Positions 59,953 to 64,000 of a stretch of DNA of 64,000 nt are shown in pieces. Both the position numbers and the translations under genes were made by a program. The number at the start of each line of letters is the position of its first letter. The stretch's first letter is position 1. Source of the stretch: Oikopleura dioica (Eukaryota; Animalia; Chordata); the NCBI GenBank assembly GCA_907165135.1, contig OU015566.1, positions 4,774,001-4,838,000 of the forward strand, read 5' to 3'. The notes below the pieces were generated by a model. That model did no database searches and was not told the origin of the DNA. It saw nothing but the letters and a program-made list of their open reading frames with translations.

Positions 59953-61442
59953 ATGGAAATTTTTAGAAAAATTAAAAGAACTTCAGAAGGTAAAAAATTA
60001 TTCGCGATCGAAAAAATAAGTTTTAGAATATTTTTCGCTGGATTTGATTTCCGGCTGTTTAATAAGAGGAATCGGCCTAGCGGCTTTTTCTACTGCGAGT
60101 TTGGGAAGATAAGAGAGCAAAGAAAAGTTTTTATTCCGAATCCGGATGATTGGTATAAATACAGGTTCGTTTCTGTTATTGAAAATGAAGTTTTGTAGAT
60201 GATACTTGAGATAAAATTATTTATCTCAGTGATACCCTTAAGAAAAATGCCCAAAATTATGGGATGGATTTCCTTGATCCGCGAAAACGGGGGTGGAGGT
60301 TAATTTTTGATGAGGGGGTTCATACCGGATAAGATAGGGGCTCCGCTAAAACGGGGGAGATTAATTTTTGATGATGGGGGTTCATTCCGGATGAGAAAGG
60401 GGGTCCGCGAAAACGGGGGAGGTTCATTTTTGATGGGGGAGGATTCATTTCAGATAAGGGGGTGTCATCTCATTATTAGTAACGGAAAAGGGTAGGGGTC
60501 CGTCATTTGCCATCTAATCGAAAAACATTCAGCTATCCAAAATCGAGCGAAGAGTCGGTGAGTGATGAACTTTTAATCCTCATCACAGCAGTTTTGCCTC
60601 TCATCATCTACGGCTTCTGTTTGTCCTTTCTGAACTCATCAAGCAAGGGCTTCTCGTTAAAAATGCAATTCAAGGAAAGAGCGAGTTCAATCATCAATTA
60701 TTTCGTTAATTGAAAAAAAGAAGGAAAGAGAGAGAACTCGGAATTCAAGTTCATTTTCAACCAGATCATCGTTTATTTCCTGACAGGAATCGTCACCAAC
60801 CTTCTCAAACAATCAATCCAGAGACTACGCCCAGACTTTATTGCCACGTGCTTTGAACTTGATGAGGTTCAATTGAGGTAAGAAATCAACCCTCCGAGGA
60901 ATTTTCCAATTTGCTGCTCTAGAAAAGTCGTTGCAGAAGGCTTCAACAGTAGCTTCCCAGGAGCGACTCCATCCTGCTCAGCTTCAGAATCGGATCTTTG
61001 GAAATCGATGCTGAGCTTTCCATCGGGTCATTCTTCACTGGCCTTTGCGAATTTCGTCTATCTTGCTTTGAGGTAATTTTTGCTAAAATTCGGTCTTTTC
61101 TTAATTTCATTCTAGAGTCGTAAAGATCCCCGAAAAGCGACAATTAAAATCTGGTTCAATCGTTGAGGCATTTCTGCTGACTTTCCCGCTGCTGATTGTC
61201 CTCCCTGCAATTCACATTTCCCTCTCCAGAGTCATTGAAAATCGTCATCATCCTGAGGTACACCCTTAAAATTTAACCTATCTTATTAGTTTTAGGACAT
61301 CCTGGCTGGTGCAATCGTTGGCTCACTTATTGCAATTACAGTCAGTCAAACAGAAGATCTTTTCGCGAAGAAAAACAGCGACGAGGCGAAATACGAGCCA
61401 GCTCATGAAATTTCTAGTGACAATCTCATTCCTTCAGCGTGA
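59953..61442 (+). CDS. PAP2/phospholipid phosphatase (PLPP-like); 5' end uncertain
   Basis: Catalytic motifs KQSIQRLRP, SFPSGHSS and SRVIENRHHPE/D across GT-AG introns. Confidence 0.85.
60277..60465. repeat. Three ~62-bp tandem repeats in a PAP2 intron
   Basis: tccgcgaaaacggggg..tttttgatga..ggttca..ccggat repeated three times. Confidence 0.8.
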
Positions 61443-61902
61443 CCAAAAAACGATTCTTCAAATAAATCATGATTTTCTTCAGCAATTTTTCAAACATGAA
61501 TAGCTTTTTTTTATAACGGGCGATTCATTTTTATTTCATGGGCAATTCAATTTTATCTTCTTGGGTGAAAATAATGGGTGCTTAGACGAATGATTGTCGG
61601 ATGTGGGGCAAGTGCTGGTGAATTTCGTCTTTGGAGATGTTCAAGTTGGTGTTTCTGAAAAAAAGGGTTGGAAGTGATTGAAGAAAATGAGGATGAACCT
61701 GATGTCGAGAGTTCTAGCAAAATTGAACTCTTTGATTGCGAGGAAAAACACTCCCTTGTCGGATGATTTGAGGCCAGGATTGCCACTTAGATTAATGATT
61801 CGCACGGCATCAGACTTGACCTGTCGGCGTTCTTTGCCACCATGGACATTGACATCAACAGGGTACTAGAGAACGGTTTGAAGATTTAGAATGAAAATAC
61901 AG

Positions 61903-64000
61903 TAGTGTCCCAACTCTGATCTATTCTAGACTGTAACCAAGACAACATCTTACTGAATAACACATAGCAACCACCACTCTATATAAGACTCTGCCAACCA
62001 TCTAACGCTGTCAGTCAGTTATACAGTCATTCAATTACTATATACAAACTGTCCACTTACACACAAGCAAATACAACAATAGAACCGGAAACAGTCAGTT
62101 GATCCCTTTTTACAGACCCAAGCAGCTCAGGCATCATCCAGACAGAACATTAAGAGAAGGACACTATCTATCTTGGTGACTGAAGAGAAGAGAAACGAAC
62201 CTACGTGCAACGATGAAGGAGAAAACCTTGCTGTCAAGCACAAGGATAGAAAATAACGAAAGTACCTACAACATAATTAATACAATAAAAATCAAACCAA
62301 CGACAATTCCAGAAAGACACATTATCCATCTATGCAAAGCACTAAAAATTAAAAATGCGGATCAAAATGTGGAAGGATACAAAAAATACTTCAAGAAAAG
62401 ATTTTCGTCCAATACGAAAATACAAGTTCATGCGATCGCGGCGGTGTTCACACTAAAGGAAATAAGTGAAGAAGAAACAGACGAGATTTACTGCGTTCTC
62501 ACATGTCCAACAATCGACTGGTTGAAAAAGCATACAGAAGAGAAAATTTATGATTGGAGCGAAGTAGTGGAACACGCTAAAGAAAACGTATCAACTATAA
62601 AAGCCTTTAATGAAGAGACCAAATGTGACTCAAGAGCCCTGAAAAACCACATGAACATTCTTTGGAACAAGCGTAAGCACCCAGAAGAAATAAGCAACTT
62701 CAAATTTTTTGACGAAGAAGAAGAATATGATGAAGAACAAGAAATATCAGTTGTCCAAGAAGAAGACGAAGAAGGAGAAGAAATGAAGGTCGAAGCAGAA
62801 GAAGAGCAAAACCAGTCATCAGCAAGTGGAAGAGTTAAAAAAGCGATAAATAAAATAGGAAGTAATTTGAAGAATCTAACTAGTATGCAACAATCAACAT
62901 CAGACAGTGAAACAGACTATACAAGCGAAGAAAGCGATGATGACCCGTCAACCATCGAAGGAGAACAAGTAAATAACATCGACACAGAGGGAAATTCAAA
63001 AGGAAATATTAAAGATATTAGACTGACGAAATTCACTCAGAACGATGAGATTGATTACCTACCAAACTGGTACAAATCAAGCTTATTTCAAATACGACTT
63101 TACACTAAAGAAAAACTTGAAGAAGAAAGAATCAGTAGCATCCTTTTGTCAGCAATTGACAACAGAGGAGTTAAGGAAAGTCTCATATCACTCCTGACGG
63201 ATTACCAGGAAAAACATCACAAAATAACCCTGAAAAGGTTCAAAAGTGCTATCGACACCATAACAAGGAAAAGCTCTGAAGCACGAATGCGCGACATCGA
63301 AAATACAGTATTCAATCCACACAAAGACACGCCAAGAGGATTCTACAAGAACATGGAAATGAAATGCTTGAAACTATTCCCAGACGAAAGAGCCGTCAGA
63401 AGCTACGTTGATATGAACTTTAAGAAGAAAATTACGACAGATCGCGTATTTGCGCAACTCAGCTCAAACCTTTCCGGTGAACAACTGATCAAAAGCGCCG
63501 AAGACTTCCTGTCTCATTCAAACATCGACCAAGTGAACAATCTGATTGAAAGGCACAATAAAAATCGTAAAACCGGCAACCAATATTACAACAATCGACA
63601 GGAAGGAAAGAATTCCACACAAGACAGGAAGCCACACAATAGTTATCCGAATAATAGGGGCGGATATCAAGGAAGGAAGCCGGAAAGAAAGTTCTATGAC
63701 AACCAGAGGAAGTTCGACAACAACGGAGAGCAAAACCATAGCAACACGAGGAAATGGGAGAAGAAAGGTAGTCAGGGCTACAATGTACAGAATTACAACA
63801 AGCAAGAAAATAAAAAGGAGACTTTTGAGCCAAGAACTAAAAATCGAGGTTACCAAAACAACCGAAATCCGAGATACAACCAACAGCAACGTGAAATATC
63901 ATGCTATAACTGTGGAGGCAATCATCCTGTGAGGATCTGTCCAGCATTGAGACAATACAACCAGGACAACCATCGAGGAAACTCAAGAGATGACCGAAAC
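61903..64000 (+). mobile_element. 5' part of an LTR retrotransposon (Ty3/gypsy-like, possibly Tor family): LTR, putative PBS, gag
   Basis: Inverted tagtgtcc (61903) / ggacacta (62159) delimit a ~260-bp LTR containing tatataag; tggtgac at 62174; long purine-rich ORF follows. Confidence 0.8.
62213..64000 (+). CDS. gag: Gag-like polyprotein, open to the window end (596 codons or more)
   Basis: Uninterrupted frame from ATG 62213; acidic tract; N/Q/R/G-rich nucleocapsid region; zinc knuckle CYNCGGNHPVRIC at 63902. Absent from the ORF track because it has no stop in the window. Confidence 0.82.
   Translation, partial: MKEKTLLSSTRIENNESTYNIINTIKIKPTTIPERHIIHLCKALKIKNADQNVEGYKKYFKKRFSSNTKIQVHAIAAVFTLKEISEEETDEIYCVLTCPTIDWLKKHTEEKIYDWSEVVEHAKENVSTIKAFNEETKCDSRALKNHMNILWNKRKHPEEISNFKFFDEEEEYDEEQEISVVQEEDEEGEEMKVEAEEEQNQSSASGRVKKAINKIGSNLKNLTSMQQSTSDSETDYTSEESDDDPSTIEGEQVNNIDTEGNSKGNIKDIRLTKFTQNDEIDYLPNWYKSSLFQIRLYTKEKLEEERISSILLSAIDNRGVKESLISLLTDYQEKHHKITLKRFKSAIDTITRKSSEARMRDIENTVFNPHKDTPRGFYKNMEMKCLKLFPDERAVRSYVDMNFKKKITTDRVFAQLSSNLSGEQLIKSAEDFLSHSNIDQVNNLIERHNKNRKTGNQYYNNRQEGKNSTQDRKPHNSYPNNRGGYQGRKPERKFYDNQRKFDNNGEQNHSNTRKWEKKGSQGYNVQNYNKQENKKETFEPRTKNRGYQNNRNPRYNQQQREISCYNCGGNHPVRICPALRQYNQDNHRGNSRDDRN

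Noticed and set aside
61560-61890. Coding-like fragment just left of the LTR as a gene interrupted by the retrotransposon
   Set aside because: No consistent reading frame or family could be reconstructed.
63489-63932. Hydrophobic antisense and alternative-frame ORFs over the element as an env or membrane protein
   Set aside because: These are by-products of the A-rich gag strand; the gag frame with the zinc knuckle explains the region.
1-64000. tRNA, rRNA or spliced-leader RNA genes; operon calls
   Set aside because: No recognisable structured RNA gene was seen by eye, and trans-splicing or polycistronic transcription cannot be shown from DNA alone.

Overview
Eukaryotic, AT-rich, very gene-dense window with many short introns of about 40-60 nt and several non-canonical GA-AG, GC-AG and apparently GG-AG introns. 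It also has AGCTC-type repeats, expanded secreted Cys-rich/Kelch and ZP-domain genes, and an LTR retrotransposon at the right end. This combination points to a larvacean tunicate, most likely Oikopleura dioica (inference, no database search run). About 30 protein-coding genes or pseudogenes were reconstructed by hand across introns: a CUB protein, AK1, an AQP11/12-like aquaporin, an Argonaute-like relic, SLC25A44, a PP2C, TMEM165, a CYP450 with a nested antisense gene, a dead-protease/three-finger fusion, duplicated C-type-lectin-like genes, a mitochondrial microprotein, AS3MT, two head-to-head PGAMs, two Kelch-like paralogs, three ZP proteins, a SET protein, a clan GH-D-like hydrolase, a candidate neuropeptide precursor, an EGF-ligand-like gene, a Cys-loop receptor, a PAP2 phosphatase and a gag ORF. 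The strongest signal is a Cys-loop anion channel (51555-54847) with essentially no M3-M4 intracellular domain. One of its coding exons carries a 766-bp TIR transposon with an 8-bp target-site duplication that can be removed exactly only as a GG-AG intron whose AG comes from the duplication, which looks like intron birth from a DNA transposon. A smaller hairpin intron with the same AAG|GGT...AAG geometry sits in PGAM. Exon boundaries are manual, and single-base indels in homopolymers could be sequencing errors.
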